Source: Planctomycetota bacterium
GTDB taxonomy: Bacteria > Planctomycetota > MHYJ01 > WSZJ01
DNA length: 64,000 nt
Assembly (NCBI GenBank): GCA_038060895.1
Contig: JBBTCT010000016.1
Location: forward strand, 4,020 to 68,019
Direction: 5' to 3'
Position numbers and translations under genes: made by a program. The notes beneath the pieces were generated by a model. The model searched no databases. It saw only the letters and a program-made list of their open reading frames with translations, and was not told the origin of the DNA. How positions within the stretch are numbered: position 1 is the first letter of the stretch; each line of letters opens with the position of its first letter. Below, in pieces: positions 19,305 through 29,443 of this stretch.

Positions 19305-20428
19305 TTGCGCGCCGCGATCAGCGAATCGAGATTCTCGCGCAACCGGTCGAGGACGATGTCGTATCCGAACGTCCCGACGACCACGGACTTGCGCTTGAGG
19401 TTCACGGTCGAGGGCCCGCACCAGAGCCCGAGGTCCGCGTCGTCCGTTTCCCCGGGGCCATTCACGCGGCATCCCATCACCGCGATCGTGATCTTGTGCG
19501 CCTTCGCGTACTCCGTGATCGACTTCACCTGGATCGCGAGGTTCACGAACGCCTCGTTCTCCACGCGGCTGCACGACGGGCACGAAATGATGTTGAGGCC
19601 CTTGCCGAAGTCCGGCACGGAGCGGAAGCGCCCGTGCTCGATGTCGTCGAGGATCTGTTTTCCAGCGGCGATCTCCGCGGACTTCGCCTCGTTCGGGACC
19701 GTCAGCGACACGCGGATCGTGTCGCCGATGCCCTTCGTGATCAGTTGCTCGAACGCGATCCGCGTCTTGATCACGCCGTCCGGCGGCAGGCCCGCTTCCG
19801 TCACGCCGAGGTGGAGCGGCACGTCGGGGCGCTTCGCGGCGAAGCGCATATTGACCCCGACGACTTTCGCAGGGTCGCTGTCCTTCAGCGAGACGCAGTA
19901 GTCCGTGAAACCGATCTTGTCGAGGATGTCGCAGTGATACAGCGCGCTCTCGACGATCGCGTCCTGCTGGTCGGCGTACTTCTCCAGGAATTCAGGGGCG
20001 ACCGACCCGCAGTTCACGCCGATGCGGATCGCGCAGCCGTTGTCCCTGGCGACCTTGGCGATCCAGCCGACCTTTTCCGCCATCGGTTTCGACTTCTGCA
20101 GGTGGTGCAGGTGCCCTGGGTTGTAACGGATCTTGTCGACGTGGGGGGCTACCTTCTCGACGAGCGGGTAGTTCTCCTGGATGTCGACGACCAGGTTGGC
20201 CTTCGTGAGTTTCCGAAGCGCCGCGAGCCCGTCCACGTCCTTCTGGTTGTCGACCGCGACGCGCACGAGGTCCGCGCCGGCCTTCACGAGGTCCTCGCAC
20301 TGGATCAGCGTCTCGTCGACGTCGGAAGTGTGCGTCGCGCACATGGACTGCACCGCGATCGGGTGACCGCCGCCGATGTGCGTGCGGCCGATGCGGATGG
20401 CGCGAGTGGGGTTGCGGGGGAGGGACGT
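19301..20428 (-). CDS. ispG: (E)-4-hydroxy-3-methylbut-2-enyl diphosphate synthase
   Basis: [52 protein letters not shown]; start extended to ACG 20428 to include the conserved RxxTRxxxIG motif. Confidence 0.95.
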   Translation of the reverse strand, partial: TSLPRNPTRAIRIGRTHIGGGHPIAVQSMCATHTSDVDETLIQCEDLVKAGADLVRVAVDNQKDVDGLAALRKLTKANLVVDIQENYPLVEKVAPHVDKIRYNPGHLHHLQKSKPMAEKVGWIAKVARDNGCAIRIGVNCGSVAPEFLEKYADQQDAIVESALYHCDILDKIGFTDYCVSLKDSDPAKVVGVNMRFAAKRPDVPLHLGVTEAGLPPDGVIKTRIAFEQLITKGIGDTIRVSLTVPNEAKSAEIAAGKQILDDIEHGRFRSVPDFGKGLNIISCPSCSRVENEAFVNLAIQVKSITEYAKAHKITIAVMGCRVNGPGETDDADLGLWCGPSTVNLKRKSVVVGTFGYDIVLDRLRENLDSLIAARK

Positions 20429-20475
20429 GCGTCTGGTAAGGATAGCGTTGCCTTGATGAAGTGGCCAGCGGCCAG

Positions 20476-22530
20476 TCAGTGCTTCGTCGAGTTTGCCGCG
20501 CTGGACTGGCGACGGCCGGAGTGCAGCGGCCGCGTCCGCGGACCGGCCGGCTTCGTCGCGGGAACCGGGTCGCTTCCTGACACGAACCGATACCGGGCCG
20601 GACGCGGCTTCGCGTGCGGCAGCGCGTCGGCCAGCGTCGTGTAGGCGTCGCGGCCGACCCGGCGGTCCTCGTGGACCAGGCGCGTCCAGATTTCTGTTTC
20701 GCGCGCCGCGCTCGTTTCGGCGGTGCCGGTGACGTCGAAGCGGGCACGTTGCGTCCGCGGACGGGCACCCGGGACTCCAGCGCGGGGAGCGGAACCGAGG
20801 TTGCGGAACACTTCAGGCCCGTGGCAGACGTACCAGAGCATCGTGTGCGCCGTCGAAAGGGCGCCGGCCCAGGGGTAGCGCCGGAGGCGCCAGCCGGAGG
20901 AGAGTTCACGGATGGCGACATCGAGCCGCGCCTGGTCTTTCGGATTCTTCGCTCGGCGGCGCTCGGCGAAGAAAAGCCCGGTGCCGAGTTCGTCCCCTTC
21001 GACCTGCCAGACTTCCTTGATCCCGAACTCGCCCGGGCGTTGCGCGACGAGCGAGCCGTGCGTCAGGTCGAAGCGGCCGACGATGAAGAGCGAGAGCGAG
21101 TCGTGCAGGTCGGCGCAGAAGCGGACGGTTTGCATCGCTTCGCCATACGTCTCGGTCGGGAAATCGGAGAAGCACATCGCTTCAACCGCCGCCCCGGCCG
21201 CCGCCAGATTTCGCACGACGCGGGCCACGTCGTCGGGGGGGATTCCCTTGTCGATGAGCTTCAGCACGCGCGGAGCGGCCGACTCGACGCCAAGCGCGGT
21301 GCTGAGGAGCCCGCCGCGGACGAGCAGCTCGCAGGTCTCCTTGCCGAGCGACACCTCGGGGCGCATGTCGGTTCCCCATCGCACGTCGAGACCCCGGTCG
21401 ATGATTCCCTGCGCGACGTCGGAAGCGATGCTCGGCGGGAACACGTCCTGCGACATGTAGAAGATCTTCGCGCCGTGTTTCGCGGACAGCATTTCAAGGT
21501 GGTCGAGCACGGTGGGAACAGGCCGCTGCCGGTAGCGCGCGGTGCCGACCTCCGCCAGCCCGTAGTGGCAGAACGTGCACGTCCCCCAGTAGCACCCGCG
21601 CGTCGGGTCGTACGGCAGGATCAGTTCCGGAGCGAGATACCGGTCGAGCGGCAGCCCGTCGAAGTCCGGAGGCGGCAGCGTCCCGAGGTCCTCGATCATC
21701 TTTCCCCGGATCAGTCGTTCGTCGGGGCACGGGTTTTCGCCGCGCCCCAGCTTTCGCACCAGGTCGAGCAGCGCAACCTCTCCTTCGAACACGACCGCGC
21801 TCGAGAACGGTCCGATCGCGCGGTCGAGCCGCTCTCCCTGCAGCCGGAGCAGCATCTGCGTGAGCGCCGGGCCGCCGACAGTGACGTGGACGCCCGGCAG
21901 CTTCTCGCGGAGCACGTGCGCGAGCGAATACGCCGGCTGGATCTGCCCGGGGAACGCGACCGACAGGCCGACGAGCCCGACGCCGGCCGCGCGCAGCCGC
22001 CCGGCCAGCGCTTCGAAATACCCGTGGAAGGGATCCCGCTCCGCCGAGGCGTCGCGAGCGATCTCCTCCGCGCTCAGCAGCGAAAAAGGTGTCCGGTATG
22101 AAACGAAATCCAGCGTGAGCGGGGCGTAAGCCGCACTCACCACCCGCTGCGCCGCCTCCACGACGGCCACGGCTCCCGCATACGCGCCGGGATCGTAGAA
22201 AGCCTCCGGGTCGCGCAGCGTTGCCAGCGCCCGATCGATAGCGCGCGGCACGGCCGCCGCATCTCCCCGCGCCGCCCAGAGCGCCGCGTAATCCAGCTGG
22301 TCGACGTGCGACAGCGCCGGTTTCTCTTCCAGCGCCGACAACCGCCCCTCAATCCGCTCACCGAGCGCCGTCAGCGATCCGCGCTGGAGCAGCCACTCCC
22401 ACGATTCCAGGTTTGCGTCCACAGGCAGCACCTCGACGCCGTGCTTCCTGAGCCACGCCGCCAGCGTCGGCACCGACAGGTAGGGCGCCGTCGGGTCGCA
22501 CGTCGGGGGATAGATGAGAGCGACTTTCAT
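20476..22530 (-). CDS. Cobalamin-binding domain radical SAM protein
   Basis: N-terminal LIYPP...[26 protein letters not shown]. Confidence 0.9.
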   Translation of the reverse strand: MKVALIYPPTCDPTAPYLSVPTLAAWLRKHGVEVLPVDANLESWEWLLQRGSLTALGERIEGRLSALEEKPALSHVDQLDYAALWAARGDAAAVPRAIDRALATLRDPEAFYDPGAYAGAVAVVEAAQRVVSAAYAPLTLDFVSYRTPFSLLSAEEIARDASAERDPFHGYFEALAGRLRAAGVGLVGLSVAFPGQIQPAYSLAHVLREKLPGVHVTVGGPALTQMLLRLQGERLDRAIGPFSSAVVFEGEVALLDLVRKLGRGENPCPDERLIRGKMIEDLGTLPPPDFDGLPLDRYLAPELILPYDPTRGCYWGTCTFCHYGLAEVGTARYRQRPVPTVLDHLEMLSAKHGAKIFYMSQDVFPPSIASDVAQGIIDRGLDVRWGTDMRPEVSLGKETCELLVRGGLLSTALGVESAAPRVLKLIDKGIPPDDVARVVRNLAAAGAAVEAMCFSDFPTETYGEAMQTVRFCADLHDSLSLFIVGRFDLTHGSLVAQRPGEFGIKEVWQVEGDELGTGLFFAERRRAKNPKDQARLDVAIRELSSGWRLRRYPWAGALSTAHTMLWYVCHGPEVFRNLGSAPRAGVPGARPRTQRARFDVTGTAETSAARETEIWTRLVHEDRRVGRDAYTTLADALPHAKPRPARYRFVSGSDPVPATKPAGPRTRPLHSGRRQSSAANSTKH

Positions 22531-22613
22531 GCGAAGGAGCATACACGAGCGAACCGGCAAGGGTGATCGGCCGACGCTTTCGGTTGCGGATTCTTCGGCT
22601 ATGATCCGCTCCC

Positions 22614-23378
22614 ATGATGAGCACTCACGCTTGCCGCGGTATCTCCGGCCCGCTGACCCGGGCGCTGGCCTTTGCGGCATTCGCCTTTTCCGCGTGCAAG
22701 CCCCCGGCGCCTACCCCGCCCGGACCCGTCAGCCTGGATAAGATCCCGCCGGACCTGAAGCTGATGGCCGCAGACTTCCTGCGCGAGTTCGATGAGAAAA
22801 AGTACGACGGCAAGGTCATCGAGATAACGGGGATCTACTTCACCTGGACCCTCGTGGATGACGGCAAGCATGCGACGGATCTCACCCTTCTCGCCTCGGG
22901 CTGGTCCGATAAACTCTTCTTCGTCCTGGATCGCGAGGTCATGGACAAGCGGTGGATGATCCTCGATTACTGGTCCCTGATCAGCATGAAAGGGCGTTAC
23001 GCCGGCCGGGACGCCGACGGCGCATACCGCTTCACCGGCGCCGTGCTTACCTCGACGCACGTTGAAGCGAGCGAGTATCCCACTGCCCTGAAGGTCGAGG
23101 CCGTTTCACTTACCGAAGCCTTCTGGCGGACTGATTCCGGGAGCAAATCGTCCCGCTTGTACGCAGGCCGGGTGATTGAGGTCTCGGGAACCGTGGTCAG
23201 CGTCGACGGCCATGAGGTTGGCCTGGCCTCATGCGACGAAAAACGTCCGCTCAGCTGTCGCCTCCGGGAAGAGGATCCCGCTATCGCACCCGGACAGACC
23301 ATCGTGCTCAAAGGATTCTGCTGGGAAGACACGGTCCGTATGAGCGGGCTGACCCTTGACGGGTGCATCCGTCCCTGA
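22614..23378 (+). CDS. Lipoprotein with two OB-fold (tRNA_anti-like) domains
   Basis: Lipobox FSAC; duplicated KYDGKVIEITG / LYAGRVIEVSG motif. Confidence 0.7.
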   Translation: MMSTHACRGISGPLTRALAFAAFAFSACKPPAPTPPGPVSLDKIPPDLKLMAADFLREFDEKKYDGKVIEITGIYFTWTLVDDGKHATDLTLLASGWSDKLFFVLDREVMDKRWMILDYWSLISMKGRYAGRDADGAYRFTGAVLTSTHVEASEYPTALKVEAVSLTEAFWRTDSGSKSSRLYAGRVIEVSGTVVSVDGHEVGLASCDEKRPLSCRLREEDPAIAPGQTIVLKGFCWEDTVRMSGLTLDGCIRP

Positions 23379-23416
23379 GGGATCCACGTTCTTCCTGCTC
23401 CCGCGACGCCGCCCGA

Positions 23417-24421
23417 TCATCGCCCGCAAGCTTCCTCAAACACCTTCACCAGTCGGTTCACCATCGCCGGCAGGCTGTGGTCTCGCTCGATCCGGTCTCG
23501 CGCGTCCCGTCCGGCGGCCTCACGGTTCCCGAACAGAATCCGCGTCGCGACCTCCGCGAGCCCGGCGGCATCCCCCTGCTTGTACGACAGATCCGGCGCC
23601 CACGCCGCGAACGCCGGCGCGCACGCCACCGCCGGCCGCCCCGCGGCCATCGCCTCCAGGATCGCTTTGTCCAGCGCGGTCTCGCTCGCCGACACGAACA
23701 GGTCGCTCTCGTGGCAGAGCCTGGGAATCTCCGGGAAGGGCACGCTTCCCAGCAGCGTCATCGCGACCCCGCGCTCCTTCGCGAGCCTCTCCAGCGCCTC
23801 GCGCCGCGGGCCCTCGCCGGCGAGCGTCAGGTGGAGGTCCGGGAAGCGCTTCTTCATGATCGCGCACGCCTCGATGATGACGTCGTGGTTCTTGACCGGG
23901 GCGAGGCGGCCGACGGAGAAGAGGCGGAAGCCGTTCCGTGGGGGAGCGGTGGTGAAGCGCTCGAGGTCGACGCCCTGCCCGGTGATGCGGAGCTTCGGCG
24001 TCTTCATCGGGAAGAACTCGGGCGCGGAGGCGACGACGAGGCGCGAGAGGCGCACCGCGATGCGGAGCCGGCGCGTCAGCGTGTGATGCGAATACCAGAG
24101 GACGCACGGGACGCGCGTGACCGGCGCGGCGGCGATGACGTACTCCGGGTTCATGTGCGCGAAAATTACGTCCACTTTGTGACGCGCCACCGCTTCTCGC
24201 AACCCGGTGTAAAACCGGACGAGCCGCCCGAAACGGCGCGTGCCTTTCTCCTTGCCGAGCGAGCAGACCTCGACGTTCGCGGGCAGGTCGCAGGGGACGA
24301 CGCGGCCGGCGAGCACGTACAACTTCTCGACGCGCAAAGCGAGCGCCCGGAGCCAGAGCGGCACGAACCCCAGCAGGCCGTCCTGCGGGTCGACCGCCTG
24401 CGTCATCATCAGGACCTTCAT
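23417..24421 (-). CDS. Glycosyltransferase family 4
   Basis: GVDLERF, SVGRLAPVKN, ILEAMAAG. Confidence 0.92.
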   Translation of the reverse strand: MKVLMMTQAVDPQDGLLGFVPLWLRALALRVEKLYVLAGRVVPCDLPANVEVCSLGKEKGTRRFGRLVRFYTGLREAVARHKVDVIFAHMNPEYVIAAAPVTRVPCVLWYSHHTLTRRLRIAVRLSRLVVASAPEFFPMKTPKLRITGQGVDLERFTTAPPRNGFRLFSVGRLAPVKNHDVIIEACAIMKKRFPDLHLTLAGEGPRREALERLAKERGVAMTLLGSVPFPEIPRLCHESDLFVSASETALDKAILEAMAAGRPAVACAPAFAAWAPDLSYKQGDAAGLAEVATRILFGNREAAGRDARDRIERDHSLPAMVNRLVKVFEEACGR

Positions 24422-24428
24422 CGCGCTC

Positions 24429-25364
24429 TCAGGCCTTTCCGGACTGCGAGAGAAACGCAGCGGTCCGCCGCAGGCCGTCCTCGAACGCGACCGCCGGCCG
24501 CCACGACAGCTCCCGCGCCGCCCGCGTCGTGTCCAGGATGTTGACCGGAACGTCAAAGCGTCGCGCCGGCTTGAAGACAACCTCGACCGGCCGGTTGAGA
24601 ACCTTGCGGATCGATTCGACGACCTGCAGAAGCGACAGCCCGGACCCGCTTCCGATGTTGAAAATCCGGAAGTCGCCCCTGTAGTCGAGGGCCGACTGCG
24701 CCGCGCACGCTACGTCCGTGACGTGCAGGTAGTCGCGGACGACGCTTCCGTCCCCCCAGATCTCGATCGGTTGCCCCTTCAGGGCCTTGTCGAGGAAAAC
24801 GGTTACCGCTCCCTGTGCAGCGGTGGGGCGCTGGCGTTCGCCGTAGGGGTTCGAGATGCGAATGACCGCGTAGTCGAGTCCGTGGAGGTCGCGGTAGAGC
24901 TTCAGGTACTTCTCGATCGACAGTTTCTGGATTCCGTACGAGGTCAGCGGGTCGGTCGGGTGATCCTCCGGGATCGGCACGCGCTGTGGAATTCCGTAAA
25001 CCGTTCCGCCCGAGGAGAGGAACAGGACTTTCTTCACGCCGGCCTGCACGGCCGCGTCGAGGAAGTGAAGCGTCGGGACCAGGTTCGAAGTGATGTCGTA
25101 TACGGGGCTGTCGTTGGATGTCTTGGGCAGCGTGGTTCCGACGCAGTGCACGACGGCTTCCATTCCCTTGAGCACTTCGGCGACCCGATGCGGATCGGTG
25201 AAATCTCCCTCCATCCATTCCACCTGGCCGATGAAGGAACGGACGTTGTCGCGCAACACCCGTTCCTTCTCGAAGATCCGGACCGCGTGGCCGGCATTCA
25301 GCAGAGTCTCGCTGATGTGGGAGCCGAGGAAGCCGCCCCCGCCGAGGACGAGGCAGCGCGTCAT
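24429..25364 (-). CDS. NAD-dependent epimerase/dehydratase
   Basis: GGGGFLG, SSGGTVYG, YGIQK, NPYG, RDYLHV. Confidence 0.95.
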   Translation of the reverse strand: MTRCLVLGGGGFLGSHISETLLNAGHAVRIFEKERVLRDNVRSFIGQVEWMEGDFTDPHRVAEVLKGMEAVVHCVGTTLPKTSNDSPVYDITSNLVPTLHFLDAAVQAGVKKVLFLSSGGTVYGIPQRVPIPEDHPTDPLTSYGIQKLSIEKYLKLYRDLHGLDYAVIRISNPYGERQRPTAAQGAVTVFLDKALKGQPIEIWGDGSVVRDYLHVTDVACAAQSALDYRGDFRIFNIGSGSGLSLLQVVESIRKVLNRPVEVVFKPARRFDVPVNILDTTRAARELSWRPAVAFEDGLRRTAAFLSQSGKA

Positions 25365-25415
25365 TCCGCGATCCGTCCGGCGGGCGCTTCGGCGCGTCTC
25401 ATCGGCGCAAGGATA

Positions 25416-26528
25416 TCATCGGGCGCGCTCGAGGTAATCGAAGATGGCCTTCTGCCGCTCAATCGTCACCGCGAAGCTGTAGCGCTTCCAGAAGTCCGCC
25501 CTGATTTTCTCCGAGAACGCGCCGGCCAGGGCGTCGTCGCCCGCGAGGCGGGCCAGGTTCGCGACGAAACCGTCGAGGTCCCCCTGCTCCGAGACGAACC
25601 CGCTGGCGCCGTTCTCGAGGACGTTCGTGACGCCGCTGACGCGCGTGGTGACGATCGGAAGCCCGCTCGCCGCCGCTTCCATGAAGACACGGGGGAAGCC
25701 CTCGAAGTGCGACGTCAGGACGAAGGCATCGTGCGTGGTGTAGAGGCCGGGGAGTTCCTGGCGCGTGCAGCCCGGGACGAGGCGGACGCAGGCTGAGAGG
25801 CCGCGACGGGCGACCTCGGCATCGAGGAACTTCTTGTCCGGGCCGTCGCCGACCACGGTGAAGGAGATTTTCTTCGGGAGGCCTTTCTTCCCGAGGCGAT
25901 CCATGACGTCCACCAGGAACCGGATGTTCTTCTGGGGGAGCATGCGCGCGATGAAGAGAACCTTGAACTCCCCGGGCGTCGTCTTTCGCGGAATCGACCG
26001 GTACTCCTCGATGTTCTCCGGCACGATGGGCTTCCAGAACACCCGGTCGCCGTACCGCTTCCGGAGATCCGCCTCGGTCTCGAATCCGTCGGTCTGGATC
26101 GCGTCGCTCCGGTTGAGGATGAACGACGCCAGGCGCTTCAGGAGCCGGTTTTTCCACGCGAGGCGCACCCAGTGGGGATCGAACACGTTGGTCCCGTAGA
26201 CGCTGACAAGGAGGCGGGCCCGGGCGGCCCGGGCGACGCGCCAGCCGGCGAAGCCGCCGAAGAGCGGGTCCTGCACGACGACGAGGTCGAACTTTTCCTT
26301 TCTTGCGAGGCTCTTGCCGATCCTGATCGACCGGCAGAACCTGGCGATCCGGCTGCTCCCCCCGGTCGGCACCAGCGTCACGTTTCCTGCGGAATTCGAC
26401 TCGGTCCGGTCGCAGGTCACAAGGACCGTGAGGCTCTCGAGAAGCCGGCCATAGGCCGCCATCCGATTGAACGAGTCGCCGTCCGGATCGAAGATCTGGC
26501 GGTCGCTGCTGAAGATCAGGGCTCTCAT
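25416..26528 (-). CDS. Glycosyltransferase family 4
   Basis: ARMLPQKN, EGFPRVFMEAAASGLP. Confidence 0.92.
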   Translation of the reverse strand: MRALIFSSDRQIFDPDGDSFNRMAAYGRLLESLTVLVTCDRTESNSAGNVTLVPTGGSSRIARFCRSIRIGKSLARKEKFDLVVVQDPLFGGFAGWRVARAARARLLVSVYGTNVFDPHWVRLAWKNRLLKRLASFILNRSDAIQTDGFETEADLRKRYGDRVFWKPIVPENIEEYRSIPRKTTPGEFKVLFIARMLPQKNIRFLVDVMDRLGKKGLPKKISFTVVGDGPDKKFLDAEVARRGLSACVRLVPGCTRQELPGLYTTHDAFVLTSHFEGFPRVFMEAAASGLPIVTTRVSGVTNVLENGASGFVSEQGDLDGFVANLARLAGDDALAGAFSEKIRADFWKRYSFAVTIERQKAIFDYLERAR

Positions 26529-26703
26529 GAAGCGTCGCCGGATGGGCCGCTCGAGCGGGCCGCCAGGGGATGGAACGTGCCGGTCACGTTCAGGACGCGC
26601 AAGGACACAGGTTCGGGGAAGCGCGGCCGGAAGTCAATCGTCCGGCCCGGAAGCGCGCGGTTTTTCCGCTGGTTCGACGGGGGCGGCGCGTATTCTCCCC
26701 GCC

Positions 26704-27441
26704 ATGCGCCCCCTCCGATTCCTCGCGGTCCTCGTGCTCGCCTCCTGCTCCCCGTTCCCGGACTACTTCGCCCCCGGCGCGTCAAGCCGCCTCGAGTTCC
26801 GTCTCACGAACGGATTCTGGAAGGACACCTACGCCACTTCGACTCCGATCGCGCGGGGGGGCTTTGTGGTGCTGGAAGCGAAGGCGGACCTGCTCGAGCA
26901 ACCCCTGGTGGCCGTAGCGTCCGATCCCGCGGTGGTCGAGATTGCGCCGGATCCTGTGGGCCCTGCGAGGAAGGACGGCGTCCTTGTCTGGCGATTCACG
27001 ATCCGCGGCGTCACCTGCGGCCGGACCGTCGTGACTCTTCGCAGCGGCGACGTTCCCCTGGATTCCGTCGAGCTGACCGTCGCCGATCCCGGCGAACTCC
27101 GCTGGGAGCCCTTCGACGATCGCCTCGAGGACCGGCGCTACCTGGACGCGCTCCTGGTCCACCCCCAGGAAACCGTTGAGATCGCCGTCTGGGCGTACGA
27201 TCCCTTCGGCCAGCGCATGGCGGGGGCGCAGGCCTGGACGCTCGAGGCGGGAGCGACGACGCTGTCGTTCGAGCCGGAGCCCGACACGCCGCAGGCCTGC
27301 ACCTGGAGCGTGATCCGCGCGGGGGCGCGCGCCCCGATCATCGTGACGGGGAAAGCGTTCGGCTGGACCGAGATGGTGTTCCGGAATCCGGGCGGCATCC
27401 AGATGACGATCAAGGCCACGTGTTCGTGGGGCAAGCGATGA
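26704..27441 (+). CDS. Hypothetical beta-rich lipoprotein
   Basis: Lipobox LASC; Ig-like SDPAVVEI segment. Confidence 0.7.
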   Translation: MRPLRFLAVLVLASCSPFPDYFAPGASSRLEFRLTNGFWKDTYATSTPIARGGFVVLEAKADLLEQPLVAVASDPAVVEIAPDPVGPARKDGVLVWRFTIRGVTCGRTVVTLRSGDVPLDSVELTVADPGELRWEPFDDRLEDRRYLDALLVHPQETVEIAVWAYDPFGQRMAGAQAWTLEAGATTLSFEPEPDTPQACTWSVIRAGARAPIIVTGKAFGWTEMVFRNPGGIQMTIKATCSWGKR

Positions 27442-27503
27442 CCCTTCCGTAATCTTGACCAATTCCATAAAATATCTAAACGGTCCCCTGCGGGCCGTCA
27501 CGA

Positions 27504-29381
27504 ATGACCGACCTCATGCCTCTCGCGCTCGAGTTCTCGCGCGCCTTTAACAAGGCCGTCCGCTCGTTTCGCATGTATTCGCCGACGCATCCGCAGGTCG
27601 CGCACGACCTTGCCGACGCGTTCGCGTGGATCGAGAAGATGACCGTGCAGGAGTCTCCCGTCGCGCTCGGCACGCGCGATGGCACGATGATCATCCAGGG
27701 CCGCCCCGTCCGCGAATTGACCCCGACCCTCAAGGCGTTCTGCGACCTCATCTCTTCGCGCGGCATTTCTTCTTTCTCTGCCCAGCGAGGCGCGACCTTG
27801 GCCGAGTTCTCCGCCCTCGTGGACATCCTCGTCAAGAAACCCGAGGAGGTCATGCAGGGCGACCACATCAGGCCCGAGCTCCTGAAGCCTCTTCAGCGAT
27901 TCCGCATCAACGAACTGCGGTTCGTCGCGCTCGAGGACGGCACACCCGAAGACGCCGTCAAGGCGCTTTCGGGCGGAGGCGTCCAGCAGCAGGACATGAT
28001 GAAGCTCCTGTCCGCTTACGTGACGGCGGGGAAGGGAGACGCGGGGCAGCTTTCGAAGGGGCTGGTGAGCCTGATCCAGAAAGGAGACGCCGCCGACCTC
28101 GTGCGCATGCTCGACGATGTTGTCGGCCAGATGGACGAGGCGGGCGTCGCTCCCGAGGAACGCATCGACCGCATGTCGCAGGTCTTCAAGAACATGCCGA
28201 TTTCGGAGGAAGTCCAGAAGCTCCGCCGCGTCCTCGTGATGCAGGAGGACCCGCCGATGCGCGCGGAATGGATGGCGGCACTCAAGCAGAGCGGATTCGA
28301 CGCCGATTCCGCGGACTCGCCGCCCGCGGCGATCCAGAAGCTGAGCGACGGCTCGCACTGGTCGGGATTCGTCGCCGACGCCGGATTCCGCGGCGCCGCG
28401 GGCGTGAAGTTCCTCGACGACGTCGCGAAAGCGGGAAAGAAGCCGGTTCCCGTCGTCCTGCTCTCGTGGGACGAAGCGATGCGGGACGCGCCGTCCGTCG
28501 CCAATTACCCCGGGCTTCGCTTCATCTCCCAGCCGACCAACCACCCCGCGATCACCGGCGCGATGGACGAGATCGCGCTTCCCCCGCTGATCGAGCGCCC
28601 CACGGAGGAGCAGATTGCGGCGGACCCGATGCTGGCGGCGGAAATCGAGCGCGCGCGGGTGATCCAGTCGAAACTGCTCCCGACCGATATTCCAACCGTC
28701 GAGGGATTCGAGATCTCCGCCCAGTACCTTCCCGCCCAGCGCGTCGGAGGCGATTACTACGACGTCCTCGCGCTTCCCGGCGGCCGGATCGGCTTCATCG
28801 TCGCGGACGTTTCCGGCAAAGGGATCTCCGCGGCCATGATCATGGTGATGGCCCGGACGATTTTCCACGCGGTCGCGCCGGGGGCCGCGTCGCCGAAGGA
28901 AGCGGTGCTCCAGGCTAATTCGAAGCTCGTGCCGGACCTGCCACCGGGCGTCTTCCTGACGCTGGCGTACGCGGTGCTGGATCCGGCGACGTCCAGCGTG
29001 ACCGTCGCGAGCTGCGGACACAACCCGCCGCTTCTGTGGACGGATTTCGGCGGCGTCGGGATCGTCCAGTCCGTTGAAGTGCAGGGCGCCGCGATGGGCC
29101 TGGTGCGCGGCCCCGCGTTCGAACGGTCGATTCGCGAGAGCGTCGTCACCCTGGCGCCCGGAGAACACCTCCTGTTCCACACGGACGGCGTGAACGAGGC
29201 GATGGACATGAGTGCGGAGGAGTTCGGCGACAAGCGCCTGATCAAGGCGATCGTGCGCGCCGGCACGCGGAACGCGCAGGACATGGCGCACGGCGTCGTG
29301 AATGCTGTGATGAAGCACCGCGGGGCAGCGGACGCGAGCGACGACATCACGGTCCTGGTCGTACGCCGGCAACCGGCGTAG
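27504..29381 (+). CDS. PP2C/SpoIIE (RsbU-like) phosphatase with long cytoplasmic N-terminus
   Basis: VGGDYYD, ADVSGKG, CGHNP, TDGVNEA, DDIT. Confidence 0.92.
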   Translation: MTDLMPLALEFSRAFNKAVRSFRMYSPTHPQVAHDLADAFAWIEKMTVQESPVALGTRDGTMIIQGRPVRELTPTLKAFCDLISSRGISSFSAQRGATLAEFSALVDILVKKPEEVMQGDHIRPELLKPLQRFRINELRFVALEDGTPEDAVKALSGGGVQQQDMMKLLSAYVTAGKGDAGQLSKGLVSLIQKGDAADLVRMLDDVVGQMDEAGVAPEERIDRMSQVFKNMPISEEVQKLRRVLVMQEDPPMRAEWMAALKQSGFDADSADSPPAAIQKLSDGSHWSGFVADAGFRGAAGVKFLDDVAKAGKKPVPVVLLSWDEAMRDAPSVANYPGLRFISQPTNHPAITGAMDEIALPPLIERPTEEQIAADPMLAAEIERARVIQSKLLPTDIPTVEGFEISAQYLPAQRVGGDYYDVLALPGGRIGFIVADVSGKGISAAMIMVMARTIFHAVAPGAASPKEAVLQANSKLVPDLPPGVFLTLAYAVLDPATSSVTVASCGHNPPLLWTDFGGVGIVQSVEVQGAAMGLVRGPAFERSIRESVVTLAPGEHLLFHTDGVNEAMDMSAEEFGDKRLIKAIVRAGTRNAQDMAHGVVNAVMKHRGAADASDDITVLVVRRQPA

Positions 29382-29443
29382 CCAGGAGCGATCCGCGGAC
29401 AATTCGCGCGACCGTCGAACGCGCCCCGGATAAAGTAGGTTTC

